A program made the translations under genes and the position numbers. The notes beneath the pieces were generated by a model, which had not been told where the DNA came from, did no database searches, and worked only from the letters and a program-made list of their open reading frames with translations. From Candidatus Eiseniibacteriota bacterium (lineage in GTDB: Bacteria; Eisenbacteria; RBG-16-71-46; CAIMUX01; VGJL01), in assembly GCA_963792585.1 (NCBI GenBank), contig CAWBWI010000001.1, positions 992,001 to 1,056,000 of the forward strand: a stretch of 64,000 nucleotides of DNA, written 5' to 3'. The number at the start of each line of letters is the position of its first letter. Position 1 is the stretch's first letter. Shown piece after piece: positions 31,888 to 42,184 of the stretch.

Positions 31888-32700
31888 TCACGCTCCCCGT
31901 TCGAACAACAGGAACCAATAGTAGAGGGCCGGTGCCGCGAACAACAGGCTGTCGATCCTGTCGAGCACGCCTCCGTGCCCGGGAAAGATCGTGCCCGAGT
32001 CTTTCAACACCGCCTCCCGTTTCATGAACGACTCACACAGATCGCCGATCACGCCGGCGACGCCGACCACGACACCCGCTCCGACCAAGACGGCCAGACC
32101 CCCGACGGGCGCCCAGCCTCTCAGCGCCACGGCGACGCCCACGCTCGCAAGCAGGCCCGCCACGGCCCCTTCCCAAGACTTCTTGGGGCTGACCCGTGGC
32201 ATCAGTCTGCGACGGCCGATCCTGCTGCCCACAAGGTAGGCGGCGGAGTCGCTCGCCCAGATCAGCGCGAGGGCGTAATCGACCGTCCACGGGTCGGCCC
32301 GGCCGCTGCCTCCCAGATCGTAGAGCCGGAGGATCTGTGCGGGAAGGACCCCGAGGTAGATGGCGGCGAATACGGCCAGCGGCGTCCCGAAGAGGATCGA
32401 GCCACCAGGGCGGAAGAGCTCCACAACGGACGCGAGGGCCAGGATGAGGAGGAGGGCTGTCGTGAGGCTCAGGGGTATGACCTCTGCCTGGACGCCGATG
32501 ATCAACGCCACACCGAGCCCGGCCATCCAGGTGGGGCAAGCCCCCCCGCGCGAACGTGCGAGGATCACGAGTTCCCTCGCCCCTAGAATCGCGACGAACG
32601 CTACCAGCGCGGCAAGGAATCGGGGGCCGGCATGGACCGCCAGGATCACGATGGGCAGCACAACGCCCGTGGTCAGCAGGCGCTTGCCTAGGATATTCAT
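31888..32700 (-). CDS. cdsA: Phosphatidate cytidylyltransferase
   Basis: 'SPKKSWEG', 'GDLCESFMKR...KDSG..FPGHGGVLDRIDS'. Confidence 0.95.
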   Translation of the reverse strand: MNILGKRLLTTGVVLPIVILAVHAGPRFLAALVAFVAILGARELVILARSRGGACPTWMAGLGVALIIGVQAEVIPLSLTTALLLILALASVVELFRPGGSILFGTPLAVFAAIYLGVLPAQILRLYDLGGSGRADPWTVDYALALIWASDSAAYLVGSRIGRRRLMPRVSPKKSWEGAVAGLLASVGVAVALRGWAPVGGLAVLVGAGVVVGVAGVIGDLCESFMKREAVLKDSGTIFPGHGGVLDRIDSLLFAAPALYYWFLLFERGA

Positions 32701-33485
32701 CCGCTGATGGCGCGGGCCGGATCGACGCGGCCGAACCGGCGGTCGCGCCCCTGATAGGCGATGATCGCCTCCTCCAAATGCTGCCTGCGAAAGTCCGGCC
32801 AGAGAACGTCCGTCACGTAGATCTCGGAGTAGGCGAGCTGCCAGAGGAGGAAGTTGGAGAGCCGCATCTCGCCGCTCGTGCGGATCAGGAGATCCGGTGG
32901 CGGGGTGCCGGCCGTGTACAGGTAGCGGGCAAAGGTCTCCTCGTCGAGCCCGTCCGCGCTCAAACGGCCTTGTTGCACCTCGCCCACGATCTTGCGGACC
33001 GCATCGACGATCTCCGCACGACCCCCGTAGCTCAGGGCGAGGTTCAGCTGGAGGCCGGTATTGTCGGAGAGCCCGGCGATCGTCCGGTCCAGCTCGGCGC
33101 GGACCGGCTCGGGCAAGTCGTCGAGTCGCCCCCAAGCCTGCATCCTGACGTTGTTCTTCCTGAGGTCCTCGATCTCTTCCTTCAGGACGACCTTGAGGAA
33201 GTTCATGAGGGCCACAACCTCGTGCTTGGGACGATTCCAGTTCTCGATTGAGAATGTGTAGAGGGTTAGATACCCGACGCCCAGGTCCGCGCAACCTTCG
33301 ATCGCTTCGCGGACGGAACGCCGTCCCGCGTGGTGGCCGGCAATTCGGGGCAGCCCCTGGCGGGTAGCCCACCTGCCATTGCCGTCCATGATGATCGCGA
33401 CGTGGCGCGGGAGATTCCCGCGCGCCAGGATCGCTTCTCTGCGCTTGGAGGCCGCATCCGGTTCCATGGGCGTTCTCGCTCGCAC
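32697..33485 (-). CDS. uppS: Undecaprenyl diphosphate synthase
   Basis: 'HVAIIMDGNGRWA', 'FSIENWNRP', 'YGGR', 'IRTSGEMRLSNFLLWQ'; start may instead be ATG 33467. Confidence 0.96.
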   Translation of the reverse strand: MRARTPMEPDAASKRREAILARGNLPRHVAIIMDGNGRWATRQGLPRIAGHHAGRRSVREAIEGCADLGVGYLTLYTFSIENWNRPKHEVVALMNFLKVVLKEEIEDLRKNNVRMQAWGRLDDLPEPVRAELDRTIAGLSDNTGLQLNLALSYGGRAEIVDAVRKIVGEVQQGRLSADGLDEETFARYLYTAGTPPPDLLIRTSGEMRLSNFLLWQLAYSEIYVTDVLWPDFRRQHLEEAIIAYQGRDRRFGRVDPARAISG

Positions 33486-33511
33486 CGCGGGAGGGAGCCC
33501 GCGGAAAGGGG

Positions 33512-34066
33512 TCAGATCTCGAGGATCTCCTTCTCCTTGCGCCGCAGGATCTCGTCAACCAATTCGATGTGGTGATCGGTCATCTTCTGGATGTCCTGGG
33601 ACCCCCGGTGGAGATCGTCCTCGCTGATCTTGCCGTCCTTCTCGAGCTTCTTGACCTCCTCGTTCGCATCGCGGCGAACGTTGCGGATCGCGACCTTGAC
33701 CTCCTCGCCGAGCTTCTTGACCCTCTTGACCAGCTCATTGCGCCGATCCTCGGTCAGGGGCGGGATCGGCACGCGGATCAGGTCTCCGTCGTCGGCGGGA
33801 TTCAACCCCAGATCGGCCTTCTGGATCGCCTTCAGGATCGGCTGCAGCAGCGTCTTGTCCCAAGGTTGCACGACGAGCATGCGAGGTTGGGGTGCGGAAA
33901 CGGAGGCCACCTGTGACAGGGGCATCTGGGAACCCCAGGCCTCGACGCGCACCGTGTCGAGCAGACTCGGACTCGCCTTTCCCGTCCGGATGGAAACCAG
34001 TTCGGCCTTCAGCGCCTCGATCGACTTGACCATCCGCTTCTCTGCGTCTGCGATCCGTTCCTTCAT
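33512..34066 (-). CDS. frr: Ribosome recycling factor
   Basis: 'IRTGKAS', 'PPLTEDRR', 'IRNVRRDAN'. Confidence 0.97.
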   Translation of the reverse strand: MKERIADAEKRMVKSIEALKAELVSIRTGKASPSLLDTVRVEAWGSQMPLSQVASVSAPQPRMLVVQPWDKTLLQPILKAIQKADLGLNPADDGDLIRVPIPPLTEDRRNELVKRVKKLGEEVKVAIRNVRRDANEEVKKLEKDGKISEDDLHRGSQDIQKMTDHHIELVDEILRRKEKEILEI

Positions 34067-34078
34067 CGGTCGAGCCTC

Positions 34079-34816
34079 CTACTGAACCAGAGTCCCGAGT
34101 TCTTCGCCGAGCACGACCCGGCGGAGATTCCCGGGGACCTGAACATTGAACACGACGATCGGGAGATGGTTCTCCATGCAGAGGGTGATCGCGGTCAGGT
34201 CCATCACCCTCAAACCCCGGTCGAAGACCTCCTTGTAGGTCAGGCGCGGCAGGTGGTCGGCGTCCGCGTGGTGGACGGGATCGGCGGTGTACATACCGTC
34301 GACCTTCGTCCCCTTCAGAATCACCTCGCAACCGCACTCGATCGCCCGCAAGACGGCGGCGGTGTCGGTCGTGAAGTACGGGTTCCCGCTGCCGGCGGCA
34401 AGGATGACGATGCGGCCCTTCTCGAGGTGCCGGATCGCCCGCCGGCGGATGAACGACTCCGCGACCTGCTCCATCTTGATCGCCGAGAGGACGCGGGTGT
34501 AGTACCCCAGCCTCTCGAGATGTTCCTGCACGGCCAGAGCATTGATAACGGTCGCGAGCATGCCGATGTGGTCGGCACTGGCGCGGTCCATTCCGATCGC
34601 TTCGGCCTCGGCGCCTCGAAAGATGTTCCCGCCGCCGACAACCAGGGCGATCTCGACCCCCTGGTCGTGCACCGCGCCGATCTGCTCAGCGAGCAGTCGA
34701 ATCGTGGGGTGATGGAGGCCGGACCGATCGGGTCCGGCCAGAATCTCGCCACTGAGTTTTAGGAGGATTCGCTTCCAGCGAGGGTGCGGCGAGGTCTCCC
34801 CGTCCGGCACGCTCAT
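34079..34816 (-). CDS. pyrH: UMP kinase
   Basis: 'LLKLSGE', 'GGGNIFRG', 'GMLATVIN', 'GNPYFTTDT'. Confidence 0.97.
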   Translation of the reverse strand: MSVPDGETSPHPRWKRILLKLSGEILAGPDRSGLHHPTIRLLAEQIGAVHDQGVEIALVVGGGNIFRGAEAEAIGMDRASADHIGMLATVINALAVQEHLERLGYYTRVLSAIKMEQVAESFIRRRAIRHLEKGRIVILAAGSGNPYFTTDTAAVLRAIECGCEVILKGTKVDGMYTADPVHHADADHLPRLTYKEVFDRGLRVMDLTAITLCMENHLPIVVFNVQVPGNLRRVVLGEELGTLVQ

Positions 34817-34822
34817 CGGCGT

Positions 34823-35422
34823 CTATGAAGCCCCGCCGAGGCGGAAGTAGCTGAACCGGCGGACCCGGAGGTTCTCGCCCAGCTTCGCCGCGAGCGTGGT
34901 CACCATCTCCGCCATCGTTCGCGACCCGTCCCGGATGTTCGGCTGGCTCAGAAGGACGTTCTCCTCGTAGAAGCGTTCCGTTTCCTTTGCGAGCCGCTTC
35001 TCGAGGTCCTCCCCCTTCAGCCCCTCTCCGGCCAGGATCTGCTGGGTCTTCTTCAGGTGCTCACCCAGGAGCTCGGCAGGCACTTCCTCGGTCGAAACGT
35101 AACGGGGCGACGTGGCCGCGACCTGGAGGGCCAGTTCATGGCACATGTTGATAAAGTCGTCGGTCCGGGCGACGAAGTCCGTCTCGCAGTTGACCTCGAT
35201 CAGCACGCCGATCTGGTTGCCTGCATGGATGTAGGCTTCGATTCGCCCCTGAGCGGTCGCGCGCTCCGCCCGCTTGGCTACCTGGGCCAGACCCATCGTC
35301 CGCAGGGTCTCCAGCGCCTTGTCGACATCGCCGGCCGCATCCGCGAGGGCCTTCTTGCACTGCATCATTCCCGCTCCGGTGCGCTCCCGGAGTTCCTTCA
35401 CCATTCCTGCATTGATGTCCAT
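34823..35422 (-). CDS. tsf: Elongation factor Ts (short, about 200-aa form)
   Basis: '[19 protein letters not shown]', '[10 protein letters not shown]'. Confidence 0.96.
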   Translation of the reverse strand: MDINAGMVKELRERTGAGMMQCKKALADAAGDVDKALETLRTMGLAQVAKRAERATAQGRIEAYIHAGNQIGVLIEVNCETDFVARTDDFINMCHELALQVAATSPRYVSTEEVPAELLGEHLKKTQQILAGEGLKGEDLEKRLAKETERFYEENVLLSQPNIRDGSRTMAEMVTTLAAKLGENLRVRRFSYFRLGGAS

Positions 35423-35457
35423 TGCGTCCTTGTTCTCCTCGCCCTTCCCGCCGCCCC

Positions 35458-36207
35458 TTAGGCCGCGGACCCTGCTCCGGCTTCCGCCTTCTTCGCCGCC
35501 TCGACATCGCGACCGGGCGCTGCGGTTGCCGCGCGGGCCTCGATCAGCGTGTCGCTCACCAAACGGGCGAAGAGACGGATCGAGCGAATCGCGTCATCGT
35601 TGCCCGGAATCGGGAAGTCCACCTCTTCGGGGTCGCAGTTGGTGTCGACCATCCCGATGACCGGGATTCCGAGGCGCTTGGCCTCGAGCACGGCGATGCG
35701 CTCGCGCTTCGTGTCGACGACGAACAGCAGTCCCGGGAGCCGGTTCATTTCCTTGATGCCGGTGAAGTTCTTCTCGAGCTTCGTCCGCTGCTTTTCGAGA
35801 CGGGAGACCTCCTTCTTCGTGATCTTCTCGAAGGTCCCGTCCTCGCGCATCCTCTCGAGGCTGCGGAGGTAGCGGATGCTCATCTTGATCGTCTGGAAGT
35901 TGGTCAGCATCCCGCCAAGCCAGCGCTCATTGACGTAGAAGTTGTGGCAGCGGGCCGCCTCTTCCTGCATCACGTCCCGCGCCTGCTTCTTCGTCCCGAC
36001 GAAGAGAATGGAGTCGTTGTTGCGACCGACCTTCACCACCGCGTCACGGGCCGCCTCGGCGCACTTCACGGTCTTCTGCAGGTCGATGATGTGAATCCCG
36101 TTGCGCTCCATGAAGATGTAACTCTTCATCTTCGGATTCCAACGGCGGGTCTGGTGGCCGAAATGGACCCCGGCCTCCAGAAGCTCCTTCATCTCGAGAA
36201 TCGGCAT
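35458..36207 (-). CDS. rpsB: 30S ribosomal protein S2
   Basis: '[19 protein letters not shown]', 'RWLGGMLTN', 'DTNCDP', 'GNDDA'; start ATG 36207 after GGAGG. Confidence 0.98.
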   Translation of the reverse strand: MPILEMKELLEAGVHFGHQTRRWNPKMKSYIFMERNGIHIIDLQKTVKCAEAARDAVVKVGRNNDSILFVGTKKQARDVMQEEAARCHNFYVNERWLGGMLTNFQTIKMSIRYLRSLERMREDGTFEKITKKEVSRLEKQRTKLEKNFTGIKEMNRLPGLLFVVDTKRERIAVLEAKRLGIPVIGMVDTNCDPEEVDFPIPGNDDAIRSIRLFARLVSDTLIEARAATAAPGRDVEAAKKAEAGAGSAA

Positions 36208-36211
36208 GGTT

Positions 36212-36290
36212 CCTCCCGGTGCGTAGTTTGTTCCTCCGCCCCCCAACCCTTCCGAGGAAAGGCAACTACGCGGGGAGCGTGCGTGTTGAT
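36212..36290 (-). promoter_or_regulatory. rpsB (S2) leader RNA, t44-like
   Basis: ACACGC...GCGGAGG framing, CGCUCCCC/GGGGGGCG stem, CCUUUCC/GGAAGG hairpin; located in the rpsI-rpsB spacer. Confidence 0.6.
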
Positions 36291-36297
36291 GGTGACT

Positions 36298-36693
36298 CTA
36301 GCGCTTGGAGAACTGGAACCGCTTGCGCGCTCCAGGCTGTCCGTACTTCTTGCGCTCCTTCATTCGGGGATCTCGCGTCAGGTGACCGTCCCGATCGAGG
36401 GCCGGTTTCAGGGCCGGATCGGACGCCTTCAGCGCGCGCGCGATGGCCATCCGGATCGCTCCGGCCTGACCCGTCTCCCCGCCGCCGTCGACGAGCGCCA
36501 CACAATCGAATCGCCCTTCGGTCTCGGTGGAGCGGAACGGCGACATGGCCAATCCTGTGCTGCTCTCGCGCCCGAAGTACTCACGGACCGGCTTGCCGTT
36601 GATCATGACCTTCCCGTTTCCGGGCAGGAGGCGCACCCGCGCCACCGAAGTCTTCCGCCGACCCGTCGCCTGCAATACCTGCTTCTGAACCAT
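36298..36693 (-). CDS. rpsI: 30S ribosomal protein S9
   Basis: 'TGRRKTSVARV', 'GGGETGQAGAIR', 'ERKKYG...ARKRFQFSKR'. Confidence 0.98.
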   Translation of the reverse strand: MVQKQVLQATGRRKTSVARVRLLPGNGKVMINGKPVREYFGRESSTGLAMSPFRSTETEGRFDCVALVDGGGETGQAGAIRMAIARALKASDPALKPALDRDGHLTRDPRMKERKKYGQPGARKRFQFSKR

Positions 36694-36713
36694 GCGTCCT
36701 TCCGTCCCTTCCC

Positions 36714-37175
36714 CTAGGCCTCGGCGGCCCCGGGCATCCTGCGGCTGCTCATCTCGAACGGCTTCGCCAACTGAGCCGTGTGCGGATGCTCAGGTCCGTC
36801 ATAGATCTTCAGCTTCCGGATCATCTGGCGCCCCAGAGGCCCCTTCGGGAGCATCCCCCAGACAGCCTCTCGGATCACCTCGGCCGGGTGCTTCTCCATC
36901 CGCTTGTTCAGCGTGGTCAGCTTCACACCGCCGATGTAGCCCGTGTGCCGGAAGTAAGTCTTCTGCTCTCCCTTACGTCCCGTGAACCTCACCTTCGAGG
37001 CGTTGACCACGATGACGTGATCTCCGACGTCGAGGTACGGCACGTAACTGGGCTTGTGCTTGCCCCGCAGCAAATAGGCCACATCGCTGGCCATTCTGCC
37101 CAGGATCAATCCCTCGGCATCCACGACATACCATTGCCGGGAGATCTCCGAGGCCTTCGTGGCGGTTGTCGCCAT
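36714..37175 (-). CDS. rplM: 50S ribosomal protein L13
   Basis: 'WYVVDA...LGR', 'LRGKHKP', 'GMLPK', 'HPHTAQ'. Confidence 0.98.
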   Translation of the reverse strand: MATTATKASEISRQWYVVDAEGLILGRMASDVAYLLRGKHKPSYVPYLDVGDHVIVVNASKVRFTGRKGEQKTYFRHTGYIGGVKLTTLNKRMEKHPAEVIREAVWGMLPKGPLGRQMIRKLKIYDGPEHPHTAQLAKPFEMSSRRMPGAAEA

Positions 37176-37216
37176 TGCTGCACCCTCCGTTTCACTGTAG
37201 TGCGTGCAAAAGTTAG

Positions 37217-37245
37217 AAGATACGCACGACGGCGGGACCTGTCAA
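37217..37245 (-). promoter_or_regulatory. sigma70 promoter of the rplM operon
   Basis: TTGACA-N17-TATCTT; the -35 overlaps the mtnA stop codon. Confidence 0.7.
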
Positions 37246-38273
37246 GGCCCCGGAAACGGGGGTTGGAGGACCCCCAACTCGGTGATCCAGGCGGTGATCC
37301 AGGCCGCCGGGGTCACGTCGAATGCCGGATTGAACGCGGCGACCCGATCCCCCTCCACCCAACCCGACGCCCGGAGGATTTCCCCAGCGGCCCGCTCCTC
37401 GATGGCGATCCCCTCGCCATTGGCCAACCCCGGATCGAACGACGAGGTTGGCGCCGCCACGAAGAAGGGGACCCCCATCGCACGGGCAGCCAGGGCCAGA
37501 TTCAGGGTTCCAACCTTGTTGGCCGTGTCCCCGTTCACGGCAACCCGATCGGCGCCGACCACGACGCACCCCACGTCCAGGCGCAGCATGGCCCAGCCGC
37601 TGGCGCCGTCGCAGATGAGACGGGCCGGGATCCCGGCCTTCCGCAGTTCCCAGAGGGTCAGCCGCCCCCCCTGAAGGAGCGGACGGGTTTCATCGACGAG
37701 AACCTCCCGTATCCCCCGCGACGCATGGGCGGCCTGGATCACCGCGAGCGCGGTCCCGAGTCCTCCGGTGGCAAGCCCCCCTGTGTTGCAGTGGGTGATC
37801 ACCGCCTTGTCGGGGGGGACGAGGGGCGCCCCGTGCATGGCGATGCGCCTCGACGCTTCGAGATCCTCCTGGAGCATCTCCTCTCCAACTCGACGGAGGC
37901 GGTCGGCGAGCCCGGCGCCGGCCCGCCCCGGCGCCATGGCATCGAGTTGCGAGAGCGCCCGATCGACCCCCCGAGCGAGGTTCACCGCCGTCGGCCGGCA
38001 AGTGGCAATCCGCCGGGCGGTTCGACGGATCGCGGAGCTTGGATCTCCCGCCCGGGCGGCCTCCCGAGCCGCCGCCAACGCGACCCCGAACGCCCCGGCG
38101 ATGCCGAGCGCCGGGGCGCCACGAACCGCAAGCGTGCGGATCGCGCGGATCAACTCCGCCGGAGTGCGAAGGTCCAGCAGGACCTCTCGGCGGGGCAGGC
38201 GCCGCTGATCGAGGATCCTCACCGACCCCTCGACCCACCGGATCGTCGGAATCGGTTCCATGAGGGGGCTCAT
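37242..38273 (-). CDS. mtnA: S-methyl-5-thioribose-1-phosphate isomerase
   Basis: 'LDQRRLP', 'VRGAPALG', 'RPTAVNL', 'THCNTGGLAT', 'ETRPLLQGGRLT', 'NKVGT', 'NPAFDVTP'. Confidence 0.93.
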   Translation of the reverse strand: MSPLMEPIPTIRWVEGSVRILDQRRLPRREVLLDLRTPAELIRAIRTLAVRGAPALGIAGAFGVALAAAREAARAGDPSSAIRRTARRIATCRPTAVNLARGVDRALSQLDAMAPGRAGAGLADRLRRVGEEMLQEDLEASRRIAMHGAPLVPPDKAVITHCNTGGLATGGLGTALAVIQAAHASRGIREVLVDETRPLLQGGRLTLWELRKAGIPARLICDGASGWAMLRLDVGCVVVGADRVAVNGDTANKVGTLNLALAARAMGVPFFVAAPTSSFDPGLANGEGIAIEERAAGEILRASGWVEGDRVAAFNPAFDVTPAAWITAWITELGVLQPPFPGP

Positions 38274-38887
38274 CGATCCCGCTCGAGTTCGATCGCCAGT
38301 CTGCGCAAACGGGAGAGCGGCAGCCCCATCACGTTGAAGTAGCATCCCTCGATCCGTTCGACGAGGAGGCCGCCGTATCCTTGGATACCGTATCCGCCCG
38401 CCTTGTCGAGGGGTTCCCCGGTCGCAACATAGGATTCGATGTCGGCAGACGAGAGCGGAGCGAACCGCACGCGGGAACGCTCGTGGCCGACGGCCGCACG
38501 ATCGTCGGCAAGCCGACGCAGGCAGACTCCCGTGAGAACCTCGTGCCATCGGCCGCTCAATCGACCGAGCAGCTCGACGGCATGCGCCGCATCGTGCGGC
38601 TTCTCGAGCACCTCACCATCGAGCAAGACGATCGTGTCGGCGCCGAGCACCACATACGCCTCCGAAGACCGCGGAATCCAGGCGGCCTTCTCCCGAGCGA
38701 GGCGTTCCACATAGGCGGAGGGCGATTCCGACTCCGTACGATTGCCCTCGGCCACGTCCGGGGCCTGCGCCGCGTGACGGATTCCCAACATGCGCAGGAG
38801 TTCCCGCCTTCTCGGCGAGGCCGAGGCGAGCAGCAGAGGCTCTCCCCGGATCCCCAGCAGCACGGCGCCCGCGCTCAAGTCGCTCAA
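38270..38887 (-). CDS. maf: Maf family nucleoside triphosphate pyrophosphatase
   Basis: 'LASASPRRRELL', 'ADTIV', 'LEKP', 'DKAGGYGIQG', 'NVMGLP'; probable TTG start overlapping the dtd stop. Confidence 0.93.
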   Translation of the reverse strand: MSDLSAGAVLLGIRGEPLLLASASPRRRELLRMLGIRHAAQAPDVAEGNRTESESPSAYVERLAREKAAWIPRSSEAYVVLGADTIVLLDGEVLEKPHDAAHAVELLGRLSGRWHEVLTGVCLRRLADDRAAVGHERSRVRFAPLSSADIESYVATGEPLDKAGGYGIQGYGGLLVERIEGCYFNVMGLPLSRLRRLAIELERDR

Positions 38888-39369
38888 TCGGATTCCTCCC
38901 CACGCTTCCCCACCCGCCGTGCCTTCCATGCGGCGGAGTCCACCAGCAAGGTGACGGGGCCCTCGTTGACCAGTGTGACCTGCATCATCGCGGCGAAGAT
39001 CCCGGTGCGCACCGGAACGCCGCGCCCGCCGAGCTCCTCGACGAACTTGCCATAGAGGCGATCCGCCTCCGACGGCTCGGCGGCGCGCGTGAAGCTCGGA
39101 CGTCGCCCCTTCTCACAATCGCCGAGGAGCGTGAACTGGCTGACGACGAGAGCCTCGCCGCCGACGGCGTCGAGTCCGAGGTTCATCTTGCCGTTCGCAT
39201 CGTTGAAGATCCGCAAGGACGCGCACTTCTCGGCCAACCATCGCGCATCGCCGTCGTCGTCCCCCTGCGCCACCCCCAGGAGGATCAGAACGCCCGTGCC
39301 GATCCGCTCCTCGTACGTCGCGCCGACGCGCACCGATGCGCTCGAGACCCTCTGAACGACCGCGAGCAC
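38884..39369 (-). CDS. dtd: D-aminoacyl-tRNA deacylase
   Basis: 'VVQRV', 'SQFTL', 'GRRPSF', 'NEGPVT'. Confidence 0.96.
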   Translation of the reverse strand: MLAVVQRVSSASVRVGATYEERIGTGVLILLGVAQGDDDGDARWLAEKCASLRIFNDANGKMNLGLDAVGGEALVVSQFTLLGDCEKGRRPSFTRAAEPSEADRLYGKFVEELGGRGVPVRTGIFAAMMQVTLVNEGPVTLLVDSAAWKARRVGKRGEESD

Positions 39370-39372
39370 GCG

Positions 39373-39978
39373 CTACTTCAGGAAGAGATTCAACCCGGCG
39401 TAGACCGAGTTGTACCGGACATCCGCGCCGCCCGTGACATTCTGGAAACGGTACTCGCCGTAGATCAGGATCGGCACCGAGGGGAGCTTGATTTGCGCCC
39501 CGGCTACGGCGTGCCATTCCCAGTCGCGATCGATCTCGTTCAGTTGATCGAGATACTCCTGCACCGTCGGGTCATCGCTCTTCACGGAAAGGTCGATTCG
39601 ATGCAGCCCGCCGCCTCCGCCTCCATAGAGGCCGAGGATGCCGCCGATGGGCAGATGGAGCTTCCCCGTGACGAGATAGGCTTGATCCTCGTAGTTTCCG
39701 TCTCCACCGAAGAAGCTGTCCTCGAAAGCCGCTTCCTCGAAGGTGAACTCCTTCCGGTAGCGCTCCCAGGCGACCTCGATGTCGACGGTGGGCATCAAGC
39801 CGACCGACATGACGACGCCATAGAGGCCACTGCCGCCCAGCTGCCCGCTTCCCGGAAAGAGATCCCCGGCCGCGTGCGCATAACCGCCCCGGGCGCCCAG
39901 CTGCACCACTGCTTCCGCGCTTCCGGCGCAGAGGAGGGCCGTGCAGAGGAACCCGAGCATCACCAGCGCTCTCTTCAT
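39373..39978 (-). CDS. Outer-membrane beta-barrel protein (8-strand OmpA/OmpW-like)
   Basis: Signal peptide MKRALVMLGFLC...AEA, alternating beta-strand pattern, 'YGGGGGG', 'GEYRF', C-terminal 'YAGLNLFLK'. Confidence 0.72.
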   Translation of the reverse strand: MKRALVMLGFLCTALLCAGSAEAVVQLGARGGYAHAAGDLFPGSGQLGGSGLYGVVMSVGLMPTVDIEVAWERYRKEFTFEEAAFEDSFFGGDGNYEDQAYLVTGKLHLPIGGILGLYGGGGGGLHRIDLSVKSDDPTVQEYLDQLNEIDRDWEWHAVAGAQIKLPSVPILIYGEYRFQNVTGGADVRYNSVYAGLNLFLK

Positions 39979-42184
39979 GGCTTCCCTTCCCTCCCGGATC
40001 CGGAATCCGGCAACAAATCGCTCCTGCGCTCGACGCGGGTCACTCCCCGGACTCCTTTGATCGCCCGGATGACATCGTTCAGTTGCCTGCGATTGCGTAC
40101 CTCGACGATGAAGTGGCCCCGGGCCTCCGCGTCGACTCCCTGCATCAACCCCTCGCGGATGTTGGTCTTGGTCTTGGAGATCGCGGTCGACACGTCGGCG
40201 AGCATGTTCGGCCGATCCGAACCGTAGATCTCGAGGCTGACCGTGAAGAACGTTTCGCTCTGGACATCCCACTGCAACTCGATCATGCGCTCTCTCTCGA
40301 CCCGTGCGTCGATGATGTTCCGGCAGGTCCGCTGATGGACCGACACCCCGCGCCCCCGGGTGATCAGTCCCACGATCGGATCGCCGGGAACCGGATCGCA
40401 GCAGTGCGCGATCTGGATCATCAGGTTTCCAACCCCCTGGATTCGGATCCCCCGAACGGGAGGATGGGTGAGCTGGCGCAGGCGCTCGTGGACCACGCCC
40501 GACGGGGCGGCGGTTTCCGGATAGAGGCGCGCCGCGACGGAGACGGGCGAGAGGTCGCCCTGCCCGATCAGGACGAGCATCGCGTCGGCGTCGGTGTAGC
40601 CGAGGCTCTGGGCGCAATCGTTCAGAGCCGGCTCGCCCGGCAACTTCTTCCGACGCCGGCGCAGTTCCCTGCCCAGCATTTCCCTGCCCAGCCCGATCGA
40701 ATCCGAGGCCCGCCGTTCCTTCAGCCACTGGCGGATCTTCGAGCGCGCCCTTCCGGTGCGCACCAAACCGAGCCAGTCCTGGTTGGGCATCGCGGACGGA
40801 TTGGTCAAGATCTCCACACGATCGCCGTTCGAGAGCTCGTATCGAAGGGCGACCAGACGGCCGTTGACCCGCGCTCCGACGCAGTGATTACCGATCTGGG
40901 AGTGAACGGCGTAAGCGAAGTCGAGCGGCGTCGCGCCCCGCGGCAACCTCTTCAGTTCCCCCCGGGGTGTGAAGACGAAGACCTCCTCCTGGTAGAGCGA
41001 GACCTTGAGGATGTCCATGAATTCCTTCGGGTCATCCTCGTCCGTGTCCAGTTCTACCGGCCGGCGCACTAGAAGCTCCCCGAGCTTGCGCTCGAGTTCT
41101 TCGTCCTTGCGTCCCCCTCCTTGTAGCGATAGTGGGCTGCGATCCCGATCTCACTGGTCAGGTGCATCTCGCGGGTCCGGATCTGAATTTCGACCATCCG
41201 ATTCGCCGGGGCCATCACCGTCGTGTGGAGCGATTGGTACATGTTCGTCTTCGGCGTCGCGATGTAGTCCTTGAACCGGTCCTGAACCGGTATGAACAGG
41301 TCGTGCGCGATCCCGAGAATCTGGTAGCAGTCCCCCTTCGTCTCCGTGATCACCCGAAGGCCCAGGAGGTCGTAGATCTCGCCGAACGCGGCATTCTGCC
41401 GCTGCATCTTCTCCCAGATCGAGGAGAAGTTCTTCGCCCGGCCGGATATCTCCGCCACGATCGCCTCCTCGCGGAGCCTCTGCGCAAGCGGAACGCGGAC
41501 GGCCTCGATTGCATCCTCCCGCTCCTTGCGCTTGGTGGCGACCATCGAGGCGATCATGCGGTAGGCCTCGGGATTCAGGTACTTGAATGCGACATCCTCG
41601 AGCTCCCAGCGGACTCGCGCGATCCCGAGCCGATGGGCGAGCGGCGCGTAGATCTCCTTCGTCTCCCGGGCGATCCGCGCCCGCCGCTCGGGCTCCGGAA
41701 GGAACTCCAGGGTCCTCATGTTGTGGAGACGATCGCACAGCTTGATGAGGATCACGCGGATGTCCTGAGCCATCGAAAGGAGCATCTTGCGGAAGTTCTC
41801 GGCCTGCTCCGCCTCCGCCGCCATCGACGGCAACCCGCTGATCTTGGTGACTCCGTCCACGAGCCTCGCGACGACGGGGCCGAAGGAAGCCTCGACGTCC
41901 TCGTGCTTCAGGTGCTCGGCATCTTCCAGGACGTCGTGCAGGAGGGAGGCGGCGAGGATCTCGCGATCCGATCGCTTGCGGAGCAGATCGAGCACGATTC
42001 GGGAGACCTGGATCGGGTGTGTGACGTAGGGAGCGCCCGAGGCGCGTGTCTGGCCCTCGTGAGCATCGACCGCATAGTCGAGCGCCCTTTCCACGAAAGC
42101 GCGATCGACCTCGGGGGCGAGCCGTCCGAGGTCGGCGACGAGGGCTGCGCGGAGTTCCTCAACCGATTCGGAAGGGGTCGTCAA
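39975..42184 (-). CDS. rel: Bifunctional (p)ppGpp synthetase/hydrolase Rel; frameshifted at the G5 run 41113-41117 as given
   Basis: ORF 41069-42184 has the HD ('LHDVLED', 'DRLHNMRT') and synthetase ('RFKDY', 'YQSLHT', 'EIQIRT') domains; ORF 39975-41069 has TGS ('VFTP', 'DFAY.VHS.IG'), ZFD ('CCDPVPGD') and ACT. Confidence 0.9.
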
